This document shows, in pieces, positions 27,597 to 42,188 of a stretch of DNA of 64,000 bases (positions are counted from its first letter, which is position 1; every line of letters starts with the position of its first letter). Where the stretch lies: assembly GCF_037042905.1 (NCBI RefSeq), contig NC_087245.1, forward strand, positions 15,998,001 through 16,062,000. Direction: 5' to 3'. This stretch comes from Lytechinus pictus (Eukaryota). Under the pieces are notes generated by a model. That model had not been told where the DNA came from. It did not search any database and saw only the letters and a program-made list of their open reading frames with translations. The translations under genes were made by a program, and so were the position numbers.

Positions 27597-30500
27597 TTCG
27601 TTATAAGGAGATACATATATTTAAAGATACTTGGCATTGATAATCATCATCATTAACGAAACGTTCAGCTGTTGCATGCTTTATGATAAAAATGATGACG
27701 ATGATGATGATCCAAAACATTCGCAGCGCGCAATATTTCTGTTTAAAAAAACTTTCATAGTCGCAAATAAATCAAATAGTTGCCTTCCCTAGCATCTTCT
27801 TATTTGACCAAATTATGTATGTAAAGACTTCTTATGCTAATTAGAATCCACTGTGATAATGATAAGCCATTTATGTTAATTGGAAATGAATGTTTTATTC
27901 TGATTGAAATGTTATATAATCATATTTCTTTTTTATGCTTTTTATGCCTATATGTCATCATGGACATGCTAATAAACGTGAACGGGAGGAAAATCTGCTC
28001 CTTGTCATTTTATGTTATGAAAAACAATAAACTTTTTTTTTTCAATTCAATTTTATTCATACTCCATTTCATTCCATCTGGAAATATACTTTCCCTTGTA
28101 TTTATTTGCGTTCATAAACAACATTATTCATGGAGGAAATGCAAGAATTAACTTGTCGACAATGTTTTTTTTTACAAACGTCTATAACTTTTATCATGAA
28201 GATACACCAATGATTGACACTCGCCATGAAAAAAGTAAGAATCTCCAGAGGTAAAAAAATAATAACTAACGTCACAATAATAGTAATTCTTGTTATATTG
28301 TTGAGACGTATATCGATCATAATAACTTATCTAGTGCATCTCGCAAAATACAGGGTATTTACCAACGTCCCAGTACATGTAGTAGTTATTAGTGCTACAT
28401 TGCTTAACCTTGCCCTCAAGATCGAAACGGGAGCAAGGAGGGCCAACAGCTTACTAACCCCAATCGACCTCCAAATCCCCCAACATCCACCCCTACTTCA
28501 ACTTGGCCCCTATTCAGACCTCCAAATCAGACGATTGTTTTCTTCGTTTGTCAACGATCATGACAAACATTTACCCGGCGAGTTTAAACAAAACCACCTC
28601 TCTCATCACCCTAATCGTGAGGGATTTGCTTCCTGAGGTCATCGGCGATCGATGGGGATTTTTTTTTTCAACTTTCAATAACTGTTCTTTTTCTCGTTTT
28701 TTAAGGAGAGGGGGGAAGGCAGACCGGAAAATATGCAAAATAGGAGACGGAAAAATTGAGATATACATCAGCCCACATATCTTCAAAATATCACAATGGC
28801 TCATCTACTTGATGATTGTTGATGACACAGTGCAGGGTCTGTTCATTGACCTCTACCGAGAGGAGAGAGAGAGAAGAAGGGGGGAAAGAAAAGAAAAGAG
28901 AGAAGGGACAAAACAGATCGAAAGATCGAAAATAGAAGGTAATGAATGACGGGAAGAAAGAAAGAAAAGGAAAAGGCGACAGAAAGACAATATATTTTTA
29001 AAGAATAGAGGACATGAAAGAGGAAAAGACTGAAGACTTATGTAGAGACGGAAATAGAGGGGATAGAGGGGGTTGTCAGACTTTGACAAACTTTGATATA
29101 ACTTCTAATTTACAACTTATCTTGTAGTTCAATCTATATTAACAACGATTACATAATGTTCTCATTCATACCAACAACCATGACAACAACATAAATATGT
29201 ATTCCCGAGTCGAATTCTCTTAATATCAACATTATTGAAAAGAAATAAAAACGAATAGTGTGCCATTTTCCTTACAGAAAGGGATCACATTGCATTTCAT
29301 ACCAAGACGGGATATCATTTTCTCTGTCCCTAATCTCAAACTTATTCGAAATTAACATTGAGTGAAGGTTATGAGATAGCGGCCCTTTTAACAAAGTATA
29401 ATTACGAATCTTTAAAATCCGTCAACATGAAGAAAACATTGCACACTACAAATTATTTTCCGTTTAACAACTTTCCATGCATTTCGACAGTGTCATTTAC
29501 CACCATAGGTCCCATATTTTGACCCACAGCGGGTCGATCCAAGGCCTCACCTATTCCCAAATGGGCACTTCATAATCAGACCCAAAGTGATCAATTTGTT
29601 CTTGAACCCTTAACATCGTGGTAATGCCGAATACGTGATTTCATGTGACTATGATTTTGAAAACTTTTTAACGACATCGGCTTGTAATTGGACACTGATC
29701 ACGATGATGATGTTCTTGATTGATGTTGCTGAATGCAAGATTCGTATGCATTTTCTTCTAGAAAGGTCTAAAGCGGTTACCTGATTCGATATCCATGGAC
29801 GTACGCTGGAAGGTTTTTTTTTTTCATAGGGGCTGACAATATGATTTTTGGAAGAATATGCGTAAGCGAGGGAACGAAACGATCGGCCCGATCACAATAG
29901 CATTCGACATGTTTAAATTGAAATTGACATCGAAAGACCTCATCAACGCTGTATGAATAAGGTAAAGTGGTTACTCTGTCATGTTTGCTGTACCTCACCC
30001 AACAGTAACACCCACTGAATCCTTGATGTTGATAGGCTGTTGAATTTTGTCACCGTGGTGGTTATAAATACATGGCAAGTTATCATAATTCATAACTACA
30101 ACATAATTTGTATTTCATACAACATGGTCCTGTGATTGGGGTCGGGTTTTGTCATGTTTGTGTAAATTTGCATTTAAAGAGGAACATGTAGGTTTGAAAA
30201 CTTCGAGGAGGGGCAACTGTCCCCTCTGTCCCCTGTCCCATATATGAACAGGTGCAAAAAAACCTCTTATGTTTGCTGGGGTAGCAGATACAGGTGCGCA
30301 CACACTCAAAGAAATCTAACCATGAGGTAAGAAGGTTCAAAGGCATCGACTTTCTACACGTCCCTTTCTTTGCTGGATATACCTATATATCATGTAAATT
30401 ATATCTTATGACACATTATGGCATCGAAGGAAATGGATAAATGGGGCTTCGTATTTCAGGGATTAACAGCTTTGCCTTGCGCTAAATATCATTCATGAAG

Positions 30501-32925
30501 AAGTCACCCGTCTTTTATTATAACCCCAAGAAACGTCCCTCAAATAGATTCTGTCTACTCAACAGAAGCCCAACAAGTGGTCAAAGAAGATTCCTGGCTA
30601 TCGTGTCTTTTCATTCTTCCGAACTTTCTCCCTCCAGTATTCATCCTTTTTACGACTGTCTGCTTATCCTAATATATCGATTGGTTTTTACTTTGATACG
30701 GTACATAGAGGTCAGTACGGGTTAGAAGCCTCCTGAAAACACGCCAAGTCGATGGACTTCTTATACATTGGTGAAATCCTTAAGTCTTTTATCCTCCTAA
30801 CTTTCTTTTGTTGCGGTATTGGAGAGCCCGGTAGTGTGAGTAAATAATTCTCTTTAGCAAAGCGAGAGGGGAGCTATTACCCCGGCTATTCATACCCTAT
30901 TCAGGAAAGTTTAAGAAGACTTAATTCTCCTTAGACTGTATTACGAAGTCAACTCTGGTGAGAGCTACACAATCAAACAAAGAAAGAGGAATTTAAGGTT
31001 GGAAGACTTTCAATTGGCTGTTAAACCCGGTACAATAAGGCGTATTGATTTGGCAGTGATCATGGCGGTAATGATTTCGCTGATCCTGCCTGTTGCCTCC
31101 ATCACGTATGTGATTGTGTCGTCGTTAATTACAGGTTTTCTTCAGATGCGATGGTCATTTTGGTATACGAAAAATACTGAACGAAACAGAGGGCAATAAT
31201 ATATGCACTCAAATGCATGATGTACATTACATCTTATATCCCTGTGATTAATCCATAACATATATAAGTTTTGAATTCATGATTTGGACCAAAACGGATT
31301 CCTTTTATTAGAAAGTCGTATTTTTTAAACTATTAATGGTCTGATAATCACTGTCCCCTTCAGTTTGATCCACCTTTCATGATTTATCTTTCAAAATTTG
31401 GAGGATGAAGACACACTGAATTTCATTTTATTTAAATGAATGTTTAGTTAATAAAGAATGTGATAATCGCACGCAGATGATATTCAAGATGCATATTTCA
31501 AGGAATGTGTTAACATAGGTCAAAGACAGACATATCAGTTTCGCCCAGATTCCCATATACATTTAGAAATGCCAAACTTTATATAAAGTGTATGAAATGA
31601 TACAAAATGTATATCTTAAGGGGACGTGACATTGAGACATGTCGTGCATTGTAAGGGAGGAATAGTCCTTACCCTAAATTAAATTGACATCACCTTTGCG
31701 GTCAATATGAACCCATAGGTCGGTGATTTTGAACAACCATTTCATTACAGGTCGGTTTTTATTTAATTTTTATATTCCCCCTTTACCTTTAAAGCACACT
31801 TCCATTCGGGCCGTAGTCCCTTTGAAAGGGGTTATCAACAATAACACTACCAAAGAAAGGCAAAATCGAAAATCATTGGCATCATTCCATGTTAGGGGTC
31901 AATTATTCATGGGTAAATGCTTTTCTTGGTAACTTAACCATGGTTACAAATTAGTTGGTTCTTTGAAAAGGAGTTGGCATCTTTTTGGCAGTTTCTACCG
32001 TTGGTTATTCCTACAGCCATTTATGGTTTAACAAAAGTTATCATTCTGTTTCAGATACATGTCATGTTCAGTCCCAAAGGCATATCAGACGTAAGTTAGT
32101 TTTCTGTTGAGTCCCAAGCATATATGACAGTGATGTGGCGCCTTCCATTTTCTGCCCACGACGTCAATAGGCCTTCCCATGTTCTTTGTTGGGATAATCT
32201 TTTCCTGTACCTTTCACCAACAAAGAGTGAAAAGCCAAGTACACGTTCAAAGACAGCTGCAGATAATGGTCACTGTTAGTATCACCTTTTTGTAATTGAA
32301 TGATTGTTCTCCCTGATTTATAAAGGAACTTTGTTCAAACTGAAACCTGCGTCGTCAACACAGCCGGATTGTAAGAGAACAATTAGCGAGTTACAGAATA
32401 GGCTTGATACTAAATTCAAAGGTGCATGAAAGGTTTTATTAATAAGGGATTAGCTGGAGTGTTGATAGTTAACACCTATGTCTCCAGTAAATAAAGGGTA
32501 TCTAGTGCCTCGGTGGACGTTAATTAGGTGATCGGAACATCGATCGTTGTGATAAGTCCTGTGAGCGCATTGTCAAAGGAAACCATAGACTACAGATTCG
32601 GCCTTATCCCATGGTCATCTGCTAGGATTAAAGTAGAAACCAGTTGAATTTCAAATCTGTTAAGTATATCCTGGAACGAATTAGAGTAAGATATTGCCAA
32701 GCTATCGTGGTATGGATGATTTGAAAAAAAAAGTATTTTAGTGAACATAATAGATTCTGATCGGGCACCATGCGAACAAAAAAAATAGGTACATTCCAAA
32801 GTGCAAAAAATAAATCAAGTGTTCTTGATTTTGTTTGATTTTATGAGGCTTTCATGATATTGATTCTATTATCATTGAAATAATTTTCACCTAACAGTAT
32901 GAGCGTAAAAAATAGATATCCTTAA

Positions 32926-33509
32926 AGGAGAATGAAACCCTTGAAACCAGCTAAATCCATATCAAAGAGAAAAATCAAAGAAACATATTGTTGAAAGTTT
33001 GAGGAAGATTGAATGAATAATAAGAAAGTTATGAGCATTTGAATATTGAGATCACTAATGCCATGTAGATCCTCCCATTGGCAATGCGACCAAGATCTGT
33101 GATGTCACACACGTACAACTCCCTCATTACTTTAGTACTTATTTCACTTATATTCTCACTTTTTTAGAGTCTATCACAAGGTGATGTGTTCTCTTTATGA
33201 GAGGACAAGTACAGAGGTTTCACAACATTATATCATTGATGAATCGTTTGTCATATGATTAGAATGAGCAAAAAGAGATGTTTTGGGGTATATTTTCAGC
33301 GTCCAAAAGGGGAGAGTTGTTCATCTGTGACATCATAGATCTTGGTCGCATTGCCAATGGGAGGATCTCCATAGCATTAGTGATCTCGACATTCAAATGC
33401 ACATAACTCTTCTATTGCTAGTCCTATTTTACTCAAACTTTTGTTGATCTTATTCTTTGATTTTTCTGCTTTCACAAAAGCTAACTTGCTCCAAGAGTTT
33501 CATTCTCCT
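32926..33509. mobile_element. Kolobok-like MITE (TTAA target, AGG ends, long imperfect TIRs)
   Basis: TTAA|AGGAGAATGAAAC ... GTTTCATTCTCCT|TTAA. Internal arms gagatcactaatgc...gatgtcaca (~33048-33108) and tgtgacatc...gcattagtgatctc (~33327-33388) are reverse complements. Confidence 0.85.
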
Positions 33510-36313
33510 TTAAACAGAAGTAAACAGTGAGCTTTATTGCCAGAGCTTGGATAGTAAATAGCGCCATCATTGTTCATCTCTTACATGCTTAATCTCATTC
33601 TCCAGAATCTACTTCATACTCTTCCATTCCTTTAGATTTTTTTAATTTCTGTCTTTTTTCCTTGCTTGCTTCCTTTCTTTCCCTCTTAATTCTTTCTTTC
33701 TACCTTTCTTTCTTCTTTCGTATTTCTTTCTTTCTTTCTTTCGTTTTTACTTTCATTATTTCTTTATTTCTTTCCTTTTTCCTGTTTTTCTTACCTCTTT
33801 TTTTCCCTACTTTTTTTTCTTCTTAATTTCCGTCTTAATTTCTTGTTTTTATTTTTATTTTTTATCTTTCTGGGTTTTTTTTCTTCATTTTATCCCACGG
33901 TGAAGTAAGAACTTAAAAACGAATGATGTTTATATTCATTGAACCTCAATACAAGCTTCAATTCACCTGCAATAAAGGGACTCCTCACTCCCTCCCCTGA
34001 CCCTACCCGAATAATTCATCAAGGTATACATAGATCAGAAGATACCGATTCTCGGTTAGGATGACACTCAATATCATCTTCTGTGTCATCACGGATTAGA
34101 ACTTGTTTGTCACATCACCTGCCGGGCTTACTAATCCCTGGTCCGGGTCAAGACCTGTAAGATAGCCCTTCCAGACTTTTCTTTGGTCCCAGCTCATGGG
34201 AGGGGAAGAAGGAGGGGGGGGGGGGGGCATGTTCTTCCTGAAGGGTAATGATTTTGTATAAAAATTGCAATAATGATTAACGTGGTGGTGATCATCATTT
34301 TAATGTCGGATAATCATGGTGATGGTTTTAGGTCAAGACATGTCCTACTATGATTCGAGATGGCAAAAGGATTGAGTGAGGGATTCTTCATGAAAGATAT
34401 AATAAAACTACCTAAATTAAACAGGAATGACGGTTACTGAGGGAATATGGTATTGACTGTAATGGCCTTTTGTCTACCCCCCCCCCCAGCATGTCATTTA
34501 TTCAAAAGAAATACAAGATTCATTTATGGTATGGCAAAATACATAATACATCTGGAAAAAGTGTACATTCTATGAAAATATTTATTACGCCACAGAACAC
34601 ATTTTTCAAAATCATGAATAGGGTCTTTTTTCTTACAATGAAGTAAACGCACTCTTGGTGTAAAAAAATAAAAAAAAAGTATAAGATTTCACTTCCCTGA
34701 TTTAATATTTACCTTAATTAAAATTATGACGATTGCCACATTGGTCTAACAGGCATGCAGACTGATCTCAAATTCCCACATTTTTAGCGATTTATGTTTA
34801 TTTCATTGCATTTAAAGATATTCCATAACCATAAAATACACAGGATTCTCAAGCACTTCTGTAGATGTAGTTACTGTCTAAGCCTCACTTTAGAAGCTAA
34901 CCTTTGTCACTTTTTAAAAAAATTCGAAGGGGAATGCAAGAAAAAAAGCCAGAGCATGTATGGGGTCAATGATAATTTTGCACCAAAGTGTTCCCCTGCC
35001 ATTCAATCGGTGTGTCAAGGATAGTCACACTGGGGTTCAACTATTAAGGGATCAACTTGGATCTTCATTAAGTTTGGTCTACAATTTAAAGAGAGGGGTT
35101 CTTGAATGCCCCCTTTCGGTGATCACATTAAGATAACTGAATGGTAGTTTTGTATAGTGGCGTAATATTTGAGGGGCACAACATGGCGCCTGTGTAAAAA
35201 AAATATATAGGTCTCTTTGGATCTAAAGTCTAGTTTTGAGTTATATATTTCATATTATATTATAATTATGTCATATTTTACATCCTTTCCTTTACTATTC
35301 TTTCGTTTCCTCTTTCCTCTTGATTGATAGGCTCACCTATGCCCCGCCCCCAATAAACACACACACACATTCAATTGAGATGTTTTGGGGCGTTTAGCAC
35401 TAATCATTGTTTAATGATGAGCTAAATACACTTACACACAAAGTACATTTGCAAGGAATACATGTACATTCATTATTATTATCGAAATCCTTTCCATTTT
35501 GTACTTTTAGGCTTATCGGGGTTCGATTAGATAAGATGTCTATCCTTATCTGAGCAATAAAAGAAACGTGCAGTTTCTTATGAAAAATCACACCTCTTAT
35601 CAAACTGATCTGTCCCTTTAGGAAGGGGCCTGTTTTTAATAAAATATAGGCATACCAAAATAGATCTGCATGTATTGACTAAAACGTCTTCTTTAATCAA
35701 TTGTATTTTCGATAAGAAACAGAGAGTAATAAAAATGAAGAAAGTATTGCATCAAGCCTCCAGTCTGGTAAGAAATCCATACTGGTGGTCCACCAAGGCT
35801 GTCCTCATTATAACGTCACTCGATGCTCGTTATCGGATTAGCTGATGGTAAGTCAAATGAAACAAATTTCAAATCTCTCCCTTTTTCATGTTTTTGGACG
35901 TGGGGGTAATGGTTTCTTTATGCCCCTCCTCAATCCAGGCCCATTATAGGTCATTACATGCCACTTATTTCGGGAGAGTGCGATGTTTATCTCGCTCGTT
36001 ACCGTATTAGTGGCGAAGTGGGGGTTCTTTGCAAGTTCAGAAAGAATAGCCCCCCTTGCGGATGGTGAGAGAAAATAAATTGTTGTTACACCTTGCTTTT
36101 GATAAAGTGTCGGGAACCCTTACTCATTCGCATCTCTTTACAATGTCATTTTGGAAATAGCTTTGGGTCCGGGAGCCAGTTTATTCTATCGTTGGATTGA
36201 ACGGCTTTTCGTTTTTTTGTTGCTGTTGGGGGGGGGGGGTGAGTGGACTGGGGTAATTTTCATGCCAAGTGGCTCTTGTGCAAATAATTTTCATGAAATT
36301 ACAAGCATCGCGT

Positions 36314-36619
36314 GGAGCGTTGTGGCCCAGTGGATTAGTCTTCTGACTTTGAAACAGAGGGTAGTGGGTTCGAATCCCAGCCATGGCGTAATTTCCTTCA
36401 GCAAGAAGCAAGAAATTCATCCACATTGTGCTGCACTCAACCCAGGTGAGGTGAATGGGTACCTGGAAGGAATTTATTCCTTGAAATGCCACCGCGCTGT
36501 AAAAGGCTGCGGGGCTAAAGCCAGGGTAATAATATCCAAGTCCTTTGGAAGCGCATATAGGGACGTTATGACATAATGTGATATGCGCTATACAAGAACT
36601 GCGTTATTATTATTATTAT
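36314..36619 (+). mobile_element. tRNA-derived SINE with conserved central core and L2-like (TTA)n tail
   Basis: A box tggcccagtgg and B box ggttcgaatccc; core tgtgctgcactcaacccaggtgaggtgaatgggtacc; ends gcgctatacaagaactgcg(tta)n. Confidence 0.85.
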
Positions 36620-36823
36620 CGCAGCCTCTAACATTATTATGGTTGATATTCTTTAGTAATGCTAATGCGTAGTCCAATGCTGGGGCTTCTCCGGGATGTT
36701 CTGATAGGGGGGGGGGCGGTGTGCCAATTCGACTTCAACCCCCTCCCCTTCAAAAAAATGATAGAATAATGAATAGGCAAGTATATAAAGATGAATAGTA
36801 AACATACAAGTTCAATGGGTCAC

Positions 36824-37072
36824 GGGTCGTGTGGTCCAATGGTTAGAGCATTGGACTCATAATCGCAAGGTTGTGAGTTCGAATCCCCACTTTGATAAAA
36901 AAAGACCCAAGAGTAATGACTGTCGTCTGTAACGTCAGCCACTATGACTGATTAACCTGGACGTAAATTATTTTTGTTCCTATAGGTAATTGGTTATATA
37001 TACCAGCTTGGCGGTTTACCAGCAAAAGTTGTCCTATAGTTCCTATACGGGAGTTACCAGAAACAGAAACAG
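36824..37072 (+). mobile_element. SINE with tRNA-Met-like head
   Basis: tggtccaatggttagagc (A box), anticodon-like loop ctcataa, gagttcgaatcc (B box). The acceptor stem is not completed; the head is followed by ~180 bp of body and an agaaac repeat tail. Confidence 0.65.
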
Positions 37073-39045
37073 ATTGATAACACTGTCTTATACAGATAGT
37101 AATAAATGACTGGGTTTATTTTTTCCTTTATACTTGAACTAAAATGAGTGAAGTTGGCATGCTAAGTTTACTTCACGATATTACACTCTGAGATGAACGT
37201 TAAGTAAAGCAGCGTCAATTATCGTATATATTGATATTAAAAGTCACGACTGAAGTTTGCCAATCAAAGATGTAAATACGAGGTATATAGGGGTTATTCA
37301 AAACAGGAGCACAAAGCAACCGCCGGTAACATCGAGAAATCTAACGATCCCATTACAAGGTTTAAACACCCTCGTTTTATAAAATGTAGGTATTACAATA
37401 ACGAGCCCATTGAAAATGTAATTACGTTTGACTAATATCTCATAACGGATTAGTGTGGAGTGCAATAGACATCTTCCGACAGTATCAACATTTGAGGGTA
37501 TTTTGCAATTCGCTTGAGATTTGAATGGTATGTAGGCTATTTAAACAAGCTGAGAAGATATACATCTTGATTGTAAACGATACTTGAACATTTCTCAAGA
37601 GGCCGTAGTAGAAATGCATACTGGGAAATGGAATGGTCTATGGGGATTGAGAGTGTAGGGAGCATTGAAGGGCAATGTTTTGAAGATGAAAAGGAGTGAC
37701 TTGTACAATGGAAATGTGATTTGATATTTTAGCGGAAATGAAAAGGAGGTGAAAGATATGTTTTTCTTATTTAAAAAAAACTATGGAGATAACTCAGGGT
37801 CGTTTATTAATATTATTATTATTATTATTTTTTTTTTTTTTTGGGGGGGGGGGGCTTTTTCTGCGGGGGTGGGGGCATAATGAAAGACGTTAGCGTGAGG
37901 ATGATCGAGTGAAGTATTGATGATGGATGAAACTAAAATAGGATAGCGTGATTTTAGTCGGATTAGAAGGGAAGAAAACAAAGAAAACAATTAAACTTAA
38001 AAAGGTTGAAGAAGAGAGAAGAAGGGGAGAAAGATTTATGTCAGAACGAACAGAGGAATAAACATGAAAAAGTGAAACAAAAAAAAAGAAAAGAAAAGGA
38101 AGAAAATTGTCAAGAACTTCCATAAAAATTGAGTTTCCTGTAAATTTCCTGAATGAATTCAAATTTAAACAAACCTCCATCGGTTAAAATTTATTAATAG
38201 CTCTACATTTTAGCGTCCTTGCATAACCTGACAATATCAAGAAGAGTTATCTTCTAAAAGGACAACAAACATTGCTTTGAAACTATTAAATACATAACTA
38301 AGTTATCGAGACGAATTTCCTGAATTGTAGGATTGGTATTAATCAAATCGGGCTCCGAATATTTTCCCGTCCTTAAGCAAGTTTAAGGCGGGGTAACGGA
38401 AATGCCAATGATGAATGTTTATTAATCCAATACCAAACTGTACGTAAATAAAGTAAGTAACGATGCGAAAATAAGCATTACGCCTTTTACGACTTTTCAT
38501 AAATATCATTCCACTATTTTGATCTGAAGGGGAAGCATAACAAATATTGCTTTTTATCTTTATTTTCCCATAGAATGGATGAGAGCATTGAACTTTTAGA
38601 TAGATGAGTCATCAAAATATAAACTTTCTGCCGTGTAGGGATAGCTGTTATGTGATAACGAAGACGATTTCACCCAAATTTCCATTTCATTAAGACAATG
38701 TCTTAAACTTTACAAAGTTTATGCACAGAATATTACGATTTCGAAAGAGTGCAATACACTTCACAATTTTATTAAGTTCCAAGTAATATTGATATTTCGC
38801 ATCCAAGATGTTTAAACGTGTATCAAATGTTGTTATCCATTTCAGCTCACTTTATGCCCCATTTGTTATATTCAGTTGTTTAACGTCTTCGAAAATAATA
38901 TTTGTCCAAATTAAATTCAATTGTGTACATCTTGATTTTGTTGCTGTTTTAAGTATTCTCAAGCAAAATTACCTTTTGAAAATGTAATCTTTAATTTCAT
39001 TTACATAAAAGCCTAAATCCGTACGGGCAAGGCAATATTGATCAC

Positions 39046-39297
39046 CACTGGCGTACAAATGGGGGGGGGGGGATTAGGACGCTTGCCCCCTTAACTTTTC
39101 ATGACCAAGAAAAAAAAGAAAAGGAAATACAGAAGGGGGGAAATGATATCATTTTCTGAATATTATGTCAAAATCTATCACAAAATTGGATTTTTATTAT
39201 AAAAAAATGTCGAAAATTTGCTCGCTCGCTTCACTTGCAACTTTTTTTTTTACCCGATATCTGGTCAACTAAAATTTTGGGGCTCATTATGCCACTG
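39046..39297. mobile_element. hAT-like MITE (CAGTGGCGTA-type ends)
   Basis: ttgatcac|cactggcgta ... tatgccactg|ctgttcac; the 8-bp flanks match 6/8. A related fragment lies at ~43860-44030. Confidence 0.6.
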
Positions 39298-39674
39298 CTG
39301 TTCACAAATGAAAGATCTCGAGGATCTTCAACTGTAAGCATTTTTTTTTACTTTTCACTAGTCATTTGAAACATTGATTTTTCATCTGCATTTGATATTG
39401 AATTGAAAGACCTCGTATGAGGAATTAAAAATTCATTGTTGTCGGAGTTGACTGTAATAAATATCATTTGAAGTTGAAAGAACACCGAACAAGTTTTCAC
39501 GGAAAGAAGCTAAACTCCAGCTGGCGCTATTGTCGGCTGTCTTCTGTGACATTGTTAAGCATTCCTAAAACAAATTAATGATATAAAGCCATGAATTTTT
39601 CACAATGGGATAACATTCTTTAGTAAAAAAAATTGTAAAAATAAAAACTGTCCATGACCTGATAAATAACAACC

Positions 39675-40225
39675 ATAATAATAATAAAAATAGTAATGTT
39701 AGATTTAATAAGCGCACAATAATCAATACTTAATTCTCTACGCGCTTTACAATAAAATATAGTAAACTTAACCTATACCATCTATAGGAGCTACAACAAT
39801 AACTAAAGAGTCTAAATGACAAAATAGCATATATATAATATTATGAATTTGGAAAGGTGGGCCTTTAAAGTGCTCTTAAACTGACAAAAGGGAAGTTATA
39901 CTTCTTATTGCTAAGGGCAGAGAATTCCAAAGTGCTGGTGCTGAAGATACAAATGTTTGATTACCATAGGTGGGTAAAGTAAGTGGATGTACTGTAAGGA
40001 GATGTTGTGAAGAGGATCGAAGTGTACGTACTGGATTGTGCCTATGAATCAAGTTTGAGATGTAGAATGGAGCAAGATCATAGAATTTTAAATTCAACAC
40101 GTGTAACAACAGGAAGCCAGTGAAGTTTCTACAGGATAGGACGGTGTGATCGGATCTCTTGATCGAGCACCAACTATCAACCTCGCAGCCGTATTCTGAA
40201 TTCTCTGTACCCTAAGCAATTCCTT
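39675..40225 (-). mobile_element. L2-type LINE, degraded 3' fragment
   Basis: Translations RVQRIQNTAARLI and RTLRSS...YGNQTFVSSAPALWNSLP are typical of the L2/CR1 ORF2 C-terminus; a (TTA)-type tail lies near 39675. Confidence 0.85.
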
Positions 40226-40440
40226 TTTTTTAAAGGCCATGCTGCATCCTGTCACGCGCAAGTATTTCATTTATGTCTATTAAAACATCACAAGTTCTGG
40301 TTTATAAGGTTATCACTTTCGGATACATAATTTTTTTTTTATTATCAATTTGGGGGATAACAAAATGGCATGTCCCTTGGTAAACGTAGAGGACGCCATT
40401 GTGTTTTAAACACACTGGCATGTCAGGAATTACAGTTTCA

Positions 40441-41184
40441 TATGACAGGCCGGTCATGCCATAAGCCGTCATTCATTCACTCACTCGAGCATGCCGAGTG
40501 AGTGATTGATTTGTGCATATCTTCCCATCACTCACTTGGGAGAGTGAGTGAGTGAACAGTTATATCCAATTAGAGAGCTAAAATCGTTATCGAGACCGCC
40601 TCACTGAAATGGTTGTACATCCAATCGAATGGATGTACAACCACTCGAGTGAACGTACAACCACTCGAGTGAACGTACAACCACTCGAGTGAATGTACAA
40701 CCACTCGAGTGAACGTACAACCACTCGAGTGAACGTACAACCACTCGAGTGAACGTACAACCACTCGAGTGAACGTACAACCACTCGAGTGAATGTACAA
40801 CCACTCGAATGGATGTACAACCACTCGAATGGATGTACAACCACTCGAGTGAACGTACAACCACTCGAGTGAACGTACAACCACTCGAGTGAACGTACAA
40901 CCACTCGAGTGAACGTACAACCACTCGAGTGAATGTACAACCACTCGAATGGATGTACAACCACTCGAGTGAACGTACAACCACTCGAGTGAACGTACAA
41001 CCACTCGAGTGAATGTACAACCACTTCAGTGACGGGGGTCTCGATAACGATTCTAGCTCTCTGATTTGATAAAACTGTTCACTCACTCATTCTCCCGAGT
41101 GAGTGGTGGTAAAATACGTACAAATCATTCACTCACTCGAGTGAGTGAATGAATGACGGCTTATGGCATGAACGGCCCGTCATA
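40441..41184. mobile_element. TIR element (~175-bp TIRs) containing a 20-bp tandem array
   Basis: gtttca|tatgac...gtcata|gtttca (6-bp duplication). The arms 40441-40620 and ~41015-41184 are imperfect reverse complements. Confidence 0.85.
40621..41020. repeat. Minisatellite: 20 copies of a 20-bp unit (ccactcgagtgaacgtacaa)
   Basis: Head-to-tail units with three recurring variants and no spacers; each unit has a palindromic core cactcgagtg. Confidence 0.97.
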
Positions 41185-41753
41185 GTTTCACCGGTACAGG
41201 TAGTCTGCAGGCACAGACCCTGATTGAAACTTTTATCAGCAAGTGTGTCTCCACGCAAAGACTATAGCACATACAAAACTTGCTGTTTCAATTCGAGGGC
41301 CTTCAGTACACAAGGCATGAGTAGGCTGTATATTCAGACCCTTAACTCGAGTGAAGGGTTTGCACAACAGACTAGGGTACAGGCGTCTTCGACCGTTTTA
41401 TTTTAAAGTGATACTATATCCCATCAATTTTATTTCAAATAAATGAGTGCCATTTTATTCATTTTTTATTATTTCCCTTCTTAAACAATCATTTTTTTGT
41501 ATGAGTTGCTCACGAATACTTTTTTTTAATCTGCAAAGTCCAAAAGCACATCATAGTAAGCAATTTGAACCTAAAAATTTATCATTTATTTCGAAGATGT
41601 CTTTTGGTAATTGTAAATGTATAATAGTGCAACGAACACGTGCGCTGTAAGTTGAATACTTTTTTTTTCTTATCAAACAATAATAATTCTCAGGTATATA
41701 TTGAGGTATTGGAGCTTCCAAAAGGACCATGGTACATTTAAAAAAATGATCAT

Positions 41754-42188
41754 AGGTCAAGTTCGCCCTAACGAAAAGTTTGTGGTAAAATATCAGAAAA
41801 AAAAAATCTAAATGATATTGGTTATGGTTTGAGAAAATCAGAGATAAAACAAATTATTACAACTTAATTTATTTTATTTGCAACGTCATAAACCGCAGCT
41901 GCCTCATATGGTATGCAATATGAAATGCATGAATTTCATTTTTTAATGGTTCGTGATGGTAATTCTTTTTTTCTGTTAAGATACTGAAGGGACAGTATTT
42001 TATTTATTATTATTTTTTTTAAGGAAATGACATTGGTACATAGAAAGGTTTTGCACATGACGTCACAAAAAATACACTTCTCATAACTTTTTGATATTTG
42101 AAAGATTTCCCTCAAACCTTTGACAATATTTATCATTATTATTTCTGCTACTTTTGCAATAAACTCTTTGTCAGGGTGAACTTGCCCT
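41754..42188. mobile_element. Degenerate Kolobok-like MITE
   Basis: Ends aggtcaagttcgccct / agggtgaacttgccct are imperfect inverted repeats; same architecture as 32926-33509, with TTAA sites eroded. Confidence 0.55.

Noticed and set aside
36314..36385. tRNA gene
   Set aside because: This is the head of a SINE, with a second diverged copy at 60103-60400.
36824..36895. tRNA-Met gene
   Set aside because: The acceptor and anticodon stems do not pair properly, and the sequence continues into a SINE-like body and repeat tail.
40621..41020. CRISPR-like array of palindromic repeats, and three overlapping 144-161-aa ORFs
   Set aside because: Units are head-to-tail with no unique spacers, no cas genes are present and the context is eukaryotic. 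The ORFs are artefacts of a 20-bp repeat with no stop codons on one strand.
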